A stretch of DNA of 64,000 nt from Octopus vulgaris (lineage: Eukaryota): positions 130,448,001 through 130,512,000 of the forward strand of contig OX597817.1 in the NCBI GenBank assembly GCA_951406725.2. Direction: 5' to 3'. The notes beneath the pieces are model-generated. The model saw only the letters and a program-made list of their open reading frames with translations, made no database searches and was not told the DNA's origin. Shown piece after piece: positions 13,747 through 26,706 of this stretch (the stretch's first letter is position 1; each line of letters opens with the position of its first letter). A program made the translations under genes and the position numbers.

Positions 13747-14306
13747 GGCGCAGGAGTGGCTGTGTGGTAAGAAAATTTATTCTCAACCACATGTTCCAGG
13801 TTCAGTCCCACTGCACAGCACATTGGGCAAGTGTCTTCTACTATAGCTTCGGGCCGACCAAAGCCTTGAGTGGATTTGGTAGATGGAACCTGAAAGAAGC
13901 TCATGTGTATATATGTATATATATATATATATGCATATATACATACATATATGTACATACCTACATATATATGTTTATATACATGCATATATGGGTACAG
14001 GACATAAAAAAAAAAGGTGAACAAAATGAGAAATGAGACAGGTGACATAAAGAACATTCCCTTTATATACTCTGCATTTATATATTTATATACATATATA
14101 TATTGTATGTATTTGTGTGTCTGTGTTTGTCCCCCCACCATCACTTGACAACTGATGTTGGTATGTCCCTGTAACTTAGCGGTTCAACAGAAAAGACCAA
14201 TAGAATAAGTACCAGGTTTACAAAGAATAAGTCCTGGGATCGATTAGTTCAACTAAAGCTGGTGATCTAGCATGGCTGCAGTCAAATGACTGAAACGAGT
14301 AAAAGA
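13747..14306 (+). mobile_element. SINE family A, full length
   Basis: ggcgcaggagtggctgtgtggtaag head, ggttcagtccc B-box-like motif, internal microsatellite and A1 tail. Confidence 0.9.
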
Positions 14307-14579
14307 TATATATATATATATATATATACGCACATGCATGTGTGTGTATACCATTGCTTTGACATTAATAGGAAAGAAGCAATGTAGAATATATATCTTT
14401 TACTCATTTCAACCATTGGACTACAGCTTTGCCACCTTAAGGAGTTGAATCGACCCAAGTTCTTATTTTTAGACCTGGTGCTTATTCTGTAGGTGTTTGT
14501 GACCCTGCTAAGTTATGGTAACATAAACAAACCAACACCACTTACTAAGCAGTGGTGAGGACACACGTGTGTGTGTGTA

Positions 14580-14612
<33 letters not shown>

Positions 14613-15659
14613 TGGGCTTTCACAGTTTCCATCTGCCAGATCCACTCACAAGGCATTAATCTGCATGGGGCATTGATTGGACACTTAATAATCAAGGGAT
14701 CGAGGTGTCACTCAATGGGATTGAACCTAAATCTACATGGTTGCAAACCAAGCTTCTTAACCACACAGCCATGTCAATGAAAAACTATATAAAAATTTAT
14801 AGATAGCCACATTAGTGCAAGTTTTATCTTTTGTCAATACAATTTCTTTAGGTGACCTCAGCTGATCTTAAAAGCCCACACTTTCTTTTTACTTCTTGGT
14901 TAGTTATAAACCTAACTTATGCTATTTATTTTTACATAGGAATTTTGTGTTTAATCCCTGCTCCTTTGTATTTCTATTCTTTTGTCATACACATTTTATT
15001 ATACGTTTTTATCTTTTATTTGTCTCAGTCATTAAACTGCAGCTATTCTGGGACACCACATTGAAGAATTTTAGTCAAATAAATCAACTCCTGTACTTAT
15101 TATTTTTTTGTGTTTTTTTAACCTGGTACTTAAACTATTTTTGCTGAATCACTAAGTTACAGGGAGTTAAGCACACCAACACCAGTTGTCAAGCAATGGT
15201 GAGGGACAAACAAACACACACAATAAACTTCTTTCAGTTTCTGGCTACCAAATCCATTAAAAAAAACTTTGGTTGGCCCAAAACTTTAGTAGAAGACACT
15301 TGCCTAAGGTACTATATTGTGTGACTGATCCCAGATTCATGTATTTGGGAAGCAAGCTTCTTACCACACAGCTTCTTCAAATAAATTTTTACCTGAAAAC
15401 ACTTCTGTTTTGGTCTTTTAATCACTCAGTTTTTAATATAGGTTTGCTCCTATCTAACTTGCCGTTATATGCCTTTGCTGATTTATATCTATGTATTTTA
15501 GTATCATTATGTAATGCAACTGAAATGTCGTTTAGCACACCAAACAGTGTTGTGCTGCACTTTATGTAGTAAAGTGCCCTGGAACAGTATGTGGTGTTGT
15601 GAGAAAGTACAGTTTGATTAGGTGTTTTTCTCTTTCACCTTTTTCTTCCTCGGTCATCA

Positions 15660-16135
15660 ATATCATCAACATCATCATCATCATTTAACGTCTGTTGTCC
15701 GTGCTGGCATGGGTTGGAACGGTTTGACCAGAGCTGACAAGTTTGCAAGCTGCAGCAAGCTCCAATCTGATTTGACATGGTTTCTGCAGCTGGACACCCT
15801 TCCTAATGCCAACCACTTTACAGAGGGTGCTGGGTGCTTTTACATTGCACTGGCATGAGTGCTTTTTACATGGCACCTGCACAGTACTTTTGCAGGCCAA
15901 ACTTCTTCACCAGGGGGTGGCCTTAACATTTCTGCTTTGGAAGACAGGTCTTCTTAAGTACAGGAAGGCACCAGGTATCTCAGTCCTTTATCATTTCATT
16001 TGAAAGGTTCAGTGTCCAGAGGTCATCCTTCAGTACTTCATCCCATATCTTCCTGGGTCTCCCTCTTTTATATGTTCCATCTACTTTGAGAGATCAGCAC
16101 TTCCTTTATGGAGCTGTTGGCATCATCATTTATAT
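15660..16135 (-). mobile_element. RTE-clade LINE 3' fragment
   Basis: Minus strand encodes KVDGTYKRGRPRKIWDEVLKDDLWTLNL (RTE C-terminal RGRP..W motif), followed by a 3' UTR ending in (GAT)n. Confidence 0.8.
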
Positions 16136-17107
16136 TGAAAAAAAAAGATGCAGACAAAATATTCAGCTCCCACATCACCTTGTCAACTTACTTCTCAGAA
16201 ATCATTCAAATGTCCTCTCCAGTCCCCCTGTCCCACCATTGTGCTCACACCTATACATATGGTGTGCATTGTGGTATGGTGCTGCCAAGTTTTTGACAAA
16301 AATCAACCTAATAATCTAGTTCCAAATCCTAGTTGAATTGTTTCTCTTATGCTGCAGTTTTTATAAAGATATTGTTTCTCTCAGAAATCTCTTTCTCTCT
16401 CACACTCCCCAGTCTTTGTCTCTCTCTTTCTCTTTTACACACTCTCTCTATCTCTTTCTCTCTCTTTTTTTGTATCTTTCAAATACACCCATAGTTTCTG
16501 TTTCTCTCACCCTTACAGTTTCTCTCCCGCAAAACATTTCACAGCTTCTCTCTCTTTCTCCCAGTCTCTTTTCTTCCTCCTCTGTTACTCCTATGTGCAC
16601 ACACACACACGCATTCTCTCTGTCTTCCTCCACATACACTGAAAATGTTAACTTGTTTTCAGATGATTACAAATTATTGTTCTATAAACAAAGCCAACTT
16701 AACAGAATTAATTGATTCTAATTTTTGTTAATTACTTATGTAACAATTTAATGTCTTCCTTGCCAAGTGGTTTTACTCTTGGCTTTTAAAATTATTCTTT
16801 GTGTTTTAGTTATTTTTTTCAGTAACCTCCTTTTTCAAACTTTACTACAATTGTCTTGTCCTGTTTATAAAACTAACATAATAGAACTGACTTTACCTTT
16901 TTAGAAAATAAATAATAAAAAAAATACTTTAATTATGGTGTATGAGATCAGACTTCCTTTTGAAATAATTTTCACCTACCATAATTGTCATTATTTAAAA
17001 ATGTCCTTGAAAAAAATCGTGCTCATATTTCACTTCTGTCCTTAATTTTTGCTCTGCCTTTGGACATTTTAAATGTTTCTTTTTTTTTTTATTTTTTTAG
17101 TTTAATA

Positions 17108-17469
17108 TTATTACCTCTGCCTTAGCGAAGGCAGAGGTATTGTTTTCAGTTGTGTTTGTCTATGGACAAGATATCTCAAGAACCGCTGGATGAATTTGGA
17201 TGAAACTTTCAGGGATATTTGGCCTTGTGACATGCACAAACTGATTAAATTTTGGGATCAATCTGGTACCAGACAAGGATTTTGGATTATTCTGCCTGTA
17301 TTTTACTTAATTTTTGAGAGCGGTCAGGTTCACTTTTAGTATTCTCATTTGTGAGAGCAGTCGAGTTTATTTCAGATATTCTCATTTTAAAAATCATCTC
17401 TGGCTAATCATTGAGAGGACATTGGTGTTGCCTTGGCAGAGGTTTGTACTCTCAAGTGCTCTTTTTGTT
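17108..17469 (+). mobile_element. Helentron-associated (HINE/DINE-1-like) non-autonomous element
   Basis: 5' tacctctgcctt-agcg-aaggcagaggta palindrome; subterminal inverted repeat ggcagaggt at ~17435; short 3' hairpin gtact..agtgc followed by a T-rich end. Confidence 0.65.
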
Positions 17470-17937
17470 ATTATTATTGTTATAATTGAGACAGCAAGCT
17501 GGCAAAATCATTGGCACACTTTACAAGATGCTCAGTGACATTTTTCTGGTTTTACGGTCTGAGTTCAAATTGCACTGGGCTTAACTTTCCTTTCAATAAA
17601 ATAACTAAAAGTTGACTGGTAAAAACAAACATGCACACAGACTGGCCCTACACACATATGTACTCATGCATGTGCTTATGATGGACTTCTGTTCAGTTTC
17701 CAAATTTCACACACAAGATAGTAGATAACCCAAGGTTACAGTAAAAGCTACAGGGAACCACATGGTTGTAAAGTAACCTCCTTAATTACATGACTTTACG
17801 ATTTCTTTTTTACCTTTTTAGTTTTCTGTTAAGAAAAAAAAGTAACAGATAGAATGGTAAAAGAGTATTATTACTATGAGTTTTAGAGAGATTAAGGACT
17901 ATTTGTTAACTTACTAATTTCCAATGTTTCTATAGTC

Positions 17938-18388
17938 TTAAGATAATGAGTTGGTAGAATCATTAACATGCCGGGCAAAATGCTGTGGCATTTTATCTGA
18001 CTTTATATTCTGAGTTCAAATTACACCAAGGTCAACTTTGCCTTCCATCCTTTTATGGTTGATAAAATAAGTACCAGTTAAGCACTGGAGTCGATGTAAT
18101 CAATTTACTCCCTTCCTTGAAATTGCTGGCCTTGTGCCAGAATTTGAAACCAATTTTTCTATAGTCTTAAGGCAGCAAGCTGGCAGGGTTGTTAGCACAC
18201 CAGACAAAATGCCCAGTGGTATTTTGTCCATCTTTGTTCTGGATTCAAATTTTACTAAGGTCAACTTCACCTCGCCTTTCATTCTTTCGGTGTTCATAAA
18301 ATAAAGACCAGTTGAGTACTGGGAGTAAATGAAATCGACTTCTTTCTCCCCTCAAAACTGCTGGCTTTGTGCCAAAATTTGAAACTAA
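17938..18388 (+). mobile_element. two tandem SINE family B copies
   Basis: Two successive heads (17938, 18169), each preceded by tttctatagtctt. Confidence 0.8.
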
Positions 18389-18856
18389 TCTACAATCTCC
18401 CTTTCTCTCTCTCTGTCGTTATTCCCACCCCACCCCACCCCATACCAACATTATTGTACTTGCCTCAGCCTGTCTGACTGAAGCAAGACAAGTATCAGTT
18501 CCTCTTTGTAGTTTTTAAGGATTAAGACTGAGATCTAAACATCTTATTGATTACTAAAATGAAGAAAAAGCAAATTACTATAGCGGGACTTATATTTGAA
18601 TTGTCCAGGTTAGCTAAATTTATCCAACATTTTTGGCAGGTTGAAATTATGGATTGAAAAATTTGATAATAAACAAACAAGGAGGCTTTTTGTTCTGTTT
18701 GTTGGTTTTTCTTCAATTATATTCTTTGATTAAAATCACAGTAGCTAATCAATCTGAATTCATTTAGGAAAAAATATCATCTTCCAAGAGATGTTTATGA
18801 CTTTGGTGATTAATATTGGCAGTTTTTAATGTTTCTTTTCTTTAATACAAAGTCCA

Positions 18857-19443
18857 TGCATAGCTGTGTGGTAAGTTTGCCTCCCAATAGCAAGGTTTTG
18901 GGTTCAGTTCCACTGTGTGACACCTTGGGCAAGTGTCTTGTACTATAGCTCCAAGACAACTAAAACCTTGTGGGTGGATTTGATAGACAGAAACTGAAAG
19001 AAGCCTTTCAATAAGGCAGCGAGCTGGCAGAATCGTTAGCACGCCGGGTGAAATGCTTAGTGGTATTTCGTCTGCTGTTACGTTCTGAGTTCAAATTCCA
19101 CCGAGGTCGACTTTGCCTTTCATCCTTTCATGGTCAAATACCAGTTACATACTGGGGTCGATATAATCGTCTTAATCTGTTTGTCTGTCCTTGTTTGTCC
19201 CCTCTGTGTGTAACCCTTTGTGGGCAGTAAAGAAATAAGAAACTGAAAGAAGCCTGTCATATTGACATTGTGTGATTGTTGTTAACGTCATGCATTTCCA
19301 ATAACCTGTAAAAACATGTCTGGTCATGGGGAATATTATCTTGCTTGGAAAAAAGTCATGGTTGGTAATAGGAAGGGCATCCAGCCATAAAACAATTTGT
19401 CTCAATCTGACCCATGTGAATGGGCATTAAAAAGATGATGATA
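18857..19443 (+). mobile_element. SINE A (A2/RTE-type tail) interrupted by a nested SINE B (19013-19237)
   Basis: agaaactgaaagaagcct is duplicated at 18989-19006 and 19238-19255 around the B copy (TSD). Confidence 0.85.
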
Positions 19444-19489
19444 AAATTGTCAGAGCAGTGCTCATGACTTTTGAATGTTATCCCAGTCT

Positions 19490-19770
19490 GGTGAGAATAA
19501 AGCAGTTGATGTTCAGTTTAAACATCAGCAGATTGGTATCTCTTTGAAGAAGAATATGAGACCAGAGAAAGAATTCCAGAATGCTGTTCATGTAAGGAAG
19601 AGGTATTAGGGATAGATGTTTTTGGTACACTGTGTAAGACATGGGATGTAAAAGTAATAATGATAGCAATGGGAAATATAAATGTATGAGGTAGAACTGG
19701 ATGCAGAAGATATGAAAATAGCTACTTCAGACAATCAGAAGCCAGTAGAGATAGTAATGAGAGATGCAGT
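19490..19770 (-). mobile_element. degenerate CR1/Jockey-group LINE 3' end
   Basis: Minus strand gives, across frameshifts, AFWNSF and NLLMFKLNIN, resembling the LWNSLP..NL..FK..IN C-terminus of these LINEs. Confidence 0.4.
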
Positions 19771-22308
19771 AGGAAGAAACTGTGCCTTGGTGATTGAATC
19801 ATAGTTCATCAGTAGGTTGGCCTTCATTTGGATTCAGTCTTGGAATTTGCAAATTTTGGGTGGTAAGGTTAGTTGATTATATCACCCTCAGTACCTGAAC
19901 AGTATGTAATTTTTATCAAATGTCAAAAGATAAACAAAAATTGACCTCAGCAGTTGTTGAACTTAGAACATACAGAGACACAACTCAATACTTCCAGACA
20001 TTTTATCATGTGTATGTGTGTATGTGTATTGGTGATCCTATTGGTGTTGGTGCCATATAAAAAGCACCCAGTACATGCTGTAAAATGGTTGGCATTATGA
20101 ATGGTATCCAGCTATAGAAGCCATACTAAAACAAACAATGGAACCTAGCGCAGGTCCCTGCCTTAACACCAACTCCTTTCAAACCATCCAAACCTGCATG
20201 GAAAATGGACATCAAATGACGATGATGGTATTCACACATACACACACATCTATGTAAGTGTGTGCGTTTGCATATGTGTCTGTGATTGTTGACATCCTGC
20301 ATGAAAAATGGACAGTGTAACATGTGATGAAGTTTGTCACCTCACACTCAACAAATCATAAGCTGATTTTTCACTTTCAAAGACATGTTATGTAAGAGAT
20401 CTTTTACTTGAGAAACAAATGTTAGTGATAAAGAGAGCATCGTACTGTAAAATAGTGCCTCAATAATATATATCCACCTAACCCATACATGTAAATTAAT
20501 AAGTATACTGTTATGCTTCTTATACTAATTTCACCCATCTGGCTGTGATTATACACTTTTCAATGTTATCTATATTATATAGACAGATTCTGAAATTGAA
20601 ACCTTATAGTTTTTGAATGAAGGAAATGTTAGCAAATACAGAATATTAGTAACCCTTATTGTCTAAATGCATTTAACACTGTGTGCCATTTCTAAACATA
20701 AGCAATTCTTCATTTAGTCTTGAAAATAATTTCTTTCAAATGCTTCCCAATGTTTTGCACACATATAGCTTAGCTTGAAAGTTCTACATAGTATGTCACA
20801 CTGGCTTATTGCTGTAATTTTTTCCTGTTACAGAGTGGGTAACTCTCTTCAGAATCAAAGATCCATACGAACTGGCCTACTTATCCTCTACCCCATCGTC
20901 TCTTTTAGCCTGGTTTCCATACAGCATACAGACTATCCTAATTTACAAAACTTTATCAAATAATTTTTGTCTTTGTAGTCAAACACTATTGCTTTCCTTG
21001 TACTATTTATTCTCTGTAATGTGGTTGGTATCAAGAACATCCAACCACAGAAACGATACCAAAGTGAATGATGGACAGGTGAGATGTGGCCCTACAACCT
21101 TACATCCAGGAGAGCAGTGGACAGTAAAACTGAATAAGAACTGGTTTGGATAATTACTATTTGTCCAGTGCAAGGACAATAATATGATGATAATAATTAT
21201 GATATTCATTCATCAAACTTTATTTTTATAATTTTAGTGAAACAGTAGAATCCTAGAAAATTAGTGATGGCATGCTTCAGTAAGGCTACCAAAGACTCCA
21301 GTCCAAGACATCTAATTCAACTAATTCTCTTTCTTACTGACATATTCAACTTTATAAATTTTATGCAATAATTTCTTGGAATAAGACTGGTATTTATGTC
21401 TCTCATACGTTTCTCAATTATAGGATTGTCACAGTTTCCAACTGATATCTACTTTGGTGACCAATTTTAGGAAAACTCATCTTCCACTTCCACTGGTAGC
21501 TATTTTCCTTATGACAACAATGATTGCTGTGAAGTAGTACATAATTGCATTCAAGTTTGTAGTGAGTCATGATGGTATAGGAAATAGCTGTCCACTTACT
21601 ATTGTAGCATTTATTGTCGCTTTATAGTAAAAGGATTGTTTTGTGTTTTGAACAAGGGATTAACCTAAGATAACAAACTTCCAGATTTGTTGTCATTTCA
21701 TTCTTTCACTGACATACCACTGAATGGGAAGATTATAGTTGTCATTTGTGGATGTGCGTGTGTGTGTGTGTATAGTTCATAGATGAGATCCAGATATTCT
21801 CCATATAAAATACACTTAGTAATGCTCATGAGATTTAAATTTGAGCAGGTATAGAAGTAAATATAGGGATAAGCAAATTAGACGGATCAATACATAAAGT
21901 ATATTAACCCATTGCCTGCCATGATCCCGATTTGGGGATCTGCTAAAAACAGTCTCACTGCTGGTTGTTTGTTGTATTTAAAGTGAATTGCTTATGTACA
22001 TTGCATTTGCAGAGATGTGTTTAACAATATTTAATAGTTAAAGTTTGTGATTATTAGCTCTGGTTAATTCTAGAGGACATTTTATGTCATAAATTGCAAT
22101 TTTTGAACTACAAAAATATTGACTGTTTTGAAATTTTTTTTTTTGCATTTCCCATCTATATGATTCATTAATATTTCATACACATTTGCATTTGATACTC
22201 TGGTTTTCAAAAGAACTAAAATGTTTATTATTGCAATTGAATAGAAAAGGATAGATATGCTTTTTTTCAGCAATCTCCATTTCGGATTTTTTGAAAAATG
22301 ATCATACA

Positions 22309-22470
22309 GGCATAGGAGTGGCTGTGTAGTAAGTAGCTTGCTTACCAACCACATGGTTCCAGGTTCAGACCCACTGCGTGGCACCTTGGGCAAGTGTTTT
22401 CTACTATAGCCTCAGGCCGACCATAGCCTTATGAGTGGATTTGGTAGACAGAAACTGAAAGAAGCCAATC

Positions 22471-22518
<48 letters not shown>

Positions 22519-22732
22519 TTGTATGTATGTTTGTGTGTCTGTGTTTGTCCCTCAACATTGCTTGATAATCAATGCTGGTGTGTTTACATCCCTGTAACTT
22601 AGCGGTTCAGCAAAAGAGACCGATAGAATAAGTACTAGGCTTACAAAGAATAAGTCCTGGGGTCGATTTGCTCAACTAAAGGCGGTGCTCCAGCATGGCC
22701 ACAGTCAAATGACTGGAACAAGTAAAAGAGTA
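22309..22732 (+). mobile_element. SINE family A, full length
   Basis: Canonical head, internal (TA)n(TG)n tract and A1 tail. Confidence 0.92.
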
Positions 22733-23069
22733 TAATTTCCAAAATAATTCACATATGAAGAAAATTTATATACTATATATTAAAGCCAAAAAATATTAAT
22801 AAAAACATTTGGCCATTAAATACATGAAATATGAATAATATATATACATATAAAAAGGTCCAATTTCTGCAGAGTACAAATTATATAAAGAATTAAAGGG
22901 GTGAAGGAAAAAAATTACAAATCCAACAGCTGTTTAGGGGTACTCAGCGGTCCATAAAAGTGTTTGTAGATTGCAAGATCTCTTCCTTGAAGACAGAGGT
23001 TTGTCTCATCATATGATGGAATCAATCTACAAACATTATTATGAACCTCAGAAGCCATTAAAATAGCAA

Positions 23070-23340
23070 TAGAAGACAGGAGACAACACTGGCCAGAGTC
23101 TGGAACATGTCTATTAGTGATTGAATACTGCTTGAGTGACCCTTTTCTGGATGTGGGAATATTTCTCCCTCATCCAGGATGGTAGCAGCAGTGATATCCT
23201 GGACATGGGAACAGTATTCCCTTGTGGGCCGCATTTGTGCTTTGTAGAGTGTCAGTAGCTATTTGGGAAGTGATCCTAGATATGGTAAGGATATAATTCT
23301 TGTTGTGAGAGATCTTCAGTGATAGTGAGGCCCAGCATTT
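23070..23340 (-). mobile_element. CR1/L2/Jockey-group LINE ORF2 C-terminal fragment
   Basis: Minus strand reads LLTLYKAQMRPTREYCSHV, matching the conserved LYKxxxRPxLEY motif. Confidence 0.7.
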
Positions 23341-23928
23341 ATAGTGACTGTATGTATGAATTACTGCAGTAAGAAGCAGTACAACAAACTATTGAGTTCT
23401 ATTCATATAACAGAACTGATCCAAGTGCTTGTTTTTTTTTTTTTTCGATATAAGTCCTTCTGCTAAAGCCACCAAAGAGTCAGGTTCAGCCAATTGATAG
23501 ATTAAGTCTACCACACAAAAATATACAGGATATCTGAAGGACTTCTGCATATTTTCCATCTATCTTATTTGGCTCGTTAGACTTGAGTCAGTCAACTCAA
23601 GACTATGAAAGACAGTTACCTAAGGTAATTCACAGAAGAATTGAACCCTCAATCATTTAACCAGGCATTATGAAGTGAAATATTCAAAAATTTAAGGAAC
23701 ATGTATGTATGTATATATCAAGTTCTATGTAATCAATACAAATTATACTTCTAATTTTTTTTTAAATATATTTTTCTGTTAACTTTTTCTGTATTTCTTT
23801 CCCACCAATTCTCTTCTTTCCTGTCATTCAAAATTAAGTGAACCTAATTAGCTAGAGAACAAAAGAGAGTTAAGTGCTTGTTCAACAACACAATGCTCAA
23901 CTGGAAGCAGGATTTTCCACTTAATAAT

Positions 23929-24158
23929 TTTTTTTTTAATTTCCCACAAGGGGCTAAACATAGAAGGGACAAACAAGGACAAAGGGATTTAGTCAATTAC
24001 ATCGACCCTAGTGCGTAACTGGTACTTATTTAATCGACCCTGAAAGGATGAAAGGCAAAGTCGACCTCGGCGGAATTTGAACTCAGAACGTAGCAGCAGA
24101 CGAAATACCGCTAAGCATTTCGCCCGGTGTGCTAACGATTCTGCTAGTTCGCCGCCTT
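23929..24158 (-). mobile_element. young SINE family B with 16-bp TSD
   Basis: ttttccacttaataat flanks both sides (23913-23928 and 24157-24172); CpGs are largely intact. Confidence 0.92.
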
Positions 24159-24239
24159 TTCCACTTAATAATCTTACTCCCTACTACACAACAACAGTAA
24201 GAGATGATGATGATGCACATGGGTGTGTGTGTATGTGTA

Positions 24240-24597
24240 TCATCCTCATATGTCCGTTTTCCATGTGGGCATAGGTTGGACAGTTTGACAGGAGTTGACC
24301 AGCTGGGGAGCTATGTGTTTTACAGATGGATGTCCTTCCTAATGCCAACCACTTTACAGAGTATACTGGGTGCTTTTTACCTGCCACCAGCACATGTGCA
24401 CTTTTGCAGCACCAGCATGGGTGCATTTTGCATGGCACCAGCACCTGTAAAGGACAAATCTGTAAGTATGGATGACCACAATTTTATTTAGTTTGATGGG
24501 TCATCTCAAGTACAGCAAATCGCCACAACTCCCAGTCTCTTGTCATTTCCTCAGTGAGACCCAGCATCTGAAGATCCTTTCTTGCCATTTCATCCCG
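24240..24597 (-). mobile_element. RTE LINE extreme 3' fragment
   Basis: Minus strand reads RDEMARKDLQMLGLTEEMTRDWELWRFAVLEMT, followed by the RTE 3' UTR. Confidence 0.75.
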
Positions 24598-24827
24598 TAT
24601 ATATTATAATATCTTGTAGGTGAAAGATATTCTGACAAAAAACTTGTGGCCTCTGATATGAAAGTATCTTGATAGGCTGCCAGTTTTATGTCAAAGTATC
24701 TTTCTTCTACAAGTGCTACCTTCGCCAGCTTTTTGTCAAAACTAAAGAATTGCCCATTCTGGGTAATTAAGGGATGATTCTTCACTCCGCACACTTCCAG
24801 AACTCCTAAATTGGATACAGTTTAATG

Positions 24828-25118
24828 TCACATGGCTTAGTGGTTAGGGTATTGCACTCACGATTGTGAGATCGTGTGTTCGATTCCCAGACCAGGCATT
24901 GCATTGTGTTCTTGAGCAAAGCACTTCATTTCACATTGCTCTGCAATCATTTCGACACCTGACATGTGGTACCCAGTTGCACCTGTACAGGTAATGTAAA
25001 TTTGATGGAGGGAGTGAGCTTATGTCTACACAAACATTGATCACTATAAACAAATCCTCTGTGTGGTTGTTCAGTAAGAAATTATCAGACCCTCATACAC
25101 CGTCTAATGACGGGAGAG
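24828..25118 (+). mobile_element. SINE family C (tRNA head)
   Basis: tggcttagtggttagggt (A box), gttcgattcc (B box), then gtgttcttgagcaaagcactt. Confidence 0.75.
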
Positions 25119-26356
25119 TCCATCATATACATACATATATATATAAACAATACACACTCACATACACACACATATATTCAGCCTTACAGTGATTGTATAA
25201 AAGATACCCCAAGAACATCCTTCCTTCAGCAGTACCATGCTGAAGAACTAACCATATCAAGGAAACATCAATGTACATCCCCCAAACATGAGCCAGTAAC
25301 CTCACAAGGGAGATGCCCACCTTTATTCAATTGAACTCCATCCCTAAATCATGTACACCTGTTCTCTCCGACTTGCTTGTTGTGTGTGTGTGTGCGTGTG
25401 TGTGTGCCCGTGCGCGCTCCTCGATTGTTACGATGTATATGCTAGCGAGTATTTACGTGGGTATTTATCTGTGTGTATGTTCTATACTGTATGCGTATCC
25501 AAACCTTCTAATGCAGGTACGCACTGACAAGCAACCATTCACCCACAAATTTGATTTGTCAAACCTTCTTCAACTTCGGTCTTCAAACTACTTGCGCAAA
25601 CAAGGGACGGACAGTTAGGTGGTGGTAGTGGATGGTCGTACGATGATGATTGATGGTAGTGGTAATCATGCTAGCCATTTCCAGGTATTGGTGACCTGAA
25701 CTCTCTGAACTCCACTTGCCCACATACGTCCACTCCTGTCGAAGGAAAGTTGCCAACCTCTCTCTCTCTCTGTATGCCTGCATTTCTTTCTGTTGCTGTC
25801 TTTTTCACTCTCTTTCTTTCTGTCTATAATTTTCCTCGAACAATTTAAAATGAGACATTTTTTTTTTCACTGTTATTGTTGTTATTGTTGATTTGGTTTC
25901 AACCTGCACATTAAATGCACAAATAATTGCACATGACTGTCCACTCGAAAAGATCACCGCTACCGCTTCTTCCAACACCTTTCTCCCCTCTCTTATACTG
26001 TCACTTTGTTCAGTCGTCTAAACCACAGATGCATACAATTTTATATATTAAGACACACACATACAGCTAATACGCATAGAGCTTTATATGTTTATAACAC
26101 ACACTCATATATATAGATACATACATGTACGCACACACACATACACGAGTGCGTTCATATATGCACATATGTGCGTGTAAGACAGTTTATTTTTACTGCT
26201 AAGTCACCATGACACGACAAACACCTGTAAACTTGGAAACATTTCCTTAAAACAGTGCTGTGAACCCGAAATATTGCTACTACTACACAGCAAAAGAAAA
26301 ATATTTTCTGAGACAAAAACAGACTGATGAAACTGTGTGTCCGTGTGATATATATA

Positions 26357-26580
26357 TACCGGAGTAAACACATAAATGTGAAACAAGGTGGAAAAAAGAG
26401 TACTCAAATACCAGGGATAGAGTAATATGCTTTATTTCAAAGCAGCAGAAATTCAACAAAACCTGTTACTCTGAGTTTCACGTTCCCGTTCGTCGGACAG
26501 TTTTTGTTGTCCGCCGAGGGCGAACGTGAAACTCAGAGTAACAGGTTTTGTTGAATTTCTGCTGCTTTGAAATAAAGTAT
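26357..26580 (-). mobile_element. Penelope-like pseudo-LTR remnant with an inverted partial copy
   Basis: Arms 26427-26499 and 26508-26580 form an inverted repeat; each carries a hammerhead-like motif followed by AATAAA. Confidence 0.6.
26454..26510 (-). ncRNA. minimal type I hammerhead ribozyme-like motif (variant core)
   Basis: Minus strand: caacaaaaactgt CCGACGA acg-ggaa-cgt GAAA ctc-a-gaGTA acaggttttgttg. Stems I, II and III all pair, and the cleavage triplet is GUA. Confidence 0.65.
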
Positions 26581-26654
26581 GTATATATATATATGTTAAT
26601 AGAATGAGATAAAAAAAATCTAAGGCTGTGAGAGTTTTCAGAACATTTATAAAG

Positions 26655-26706
26655 ACGTCTTACAGCTATTTCCGGGAATTTTATATATCCATTCATGAGG
26701 AACGGT
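26655..26706 (-). ncRNA. degenerate Penelope-type hammerhead motif
   Basis: Minus strand: cgttc CTCATGA atgga..ttcccg GAAA tagct GTA agacg. One core mismatch; near-palindromic stem III atagctgt. Confidence 0.4.

Noticed and set aside
24828-24900. tRNA gene
   Set aside because: A and B boxes are present but continue into a SINE body; no convincing acceptor stem.
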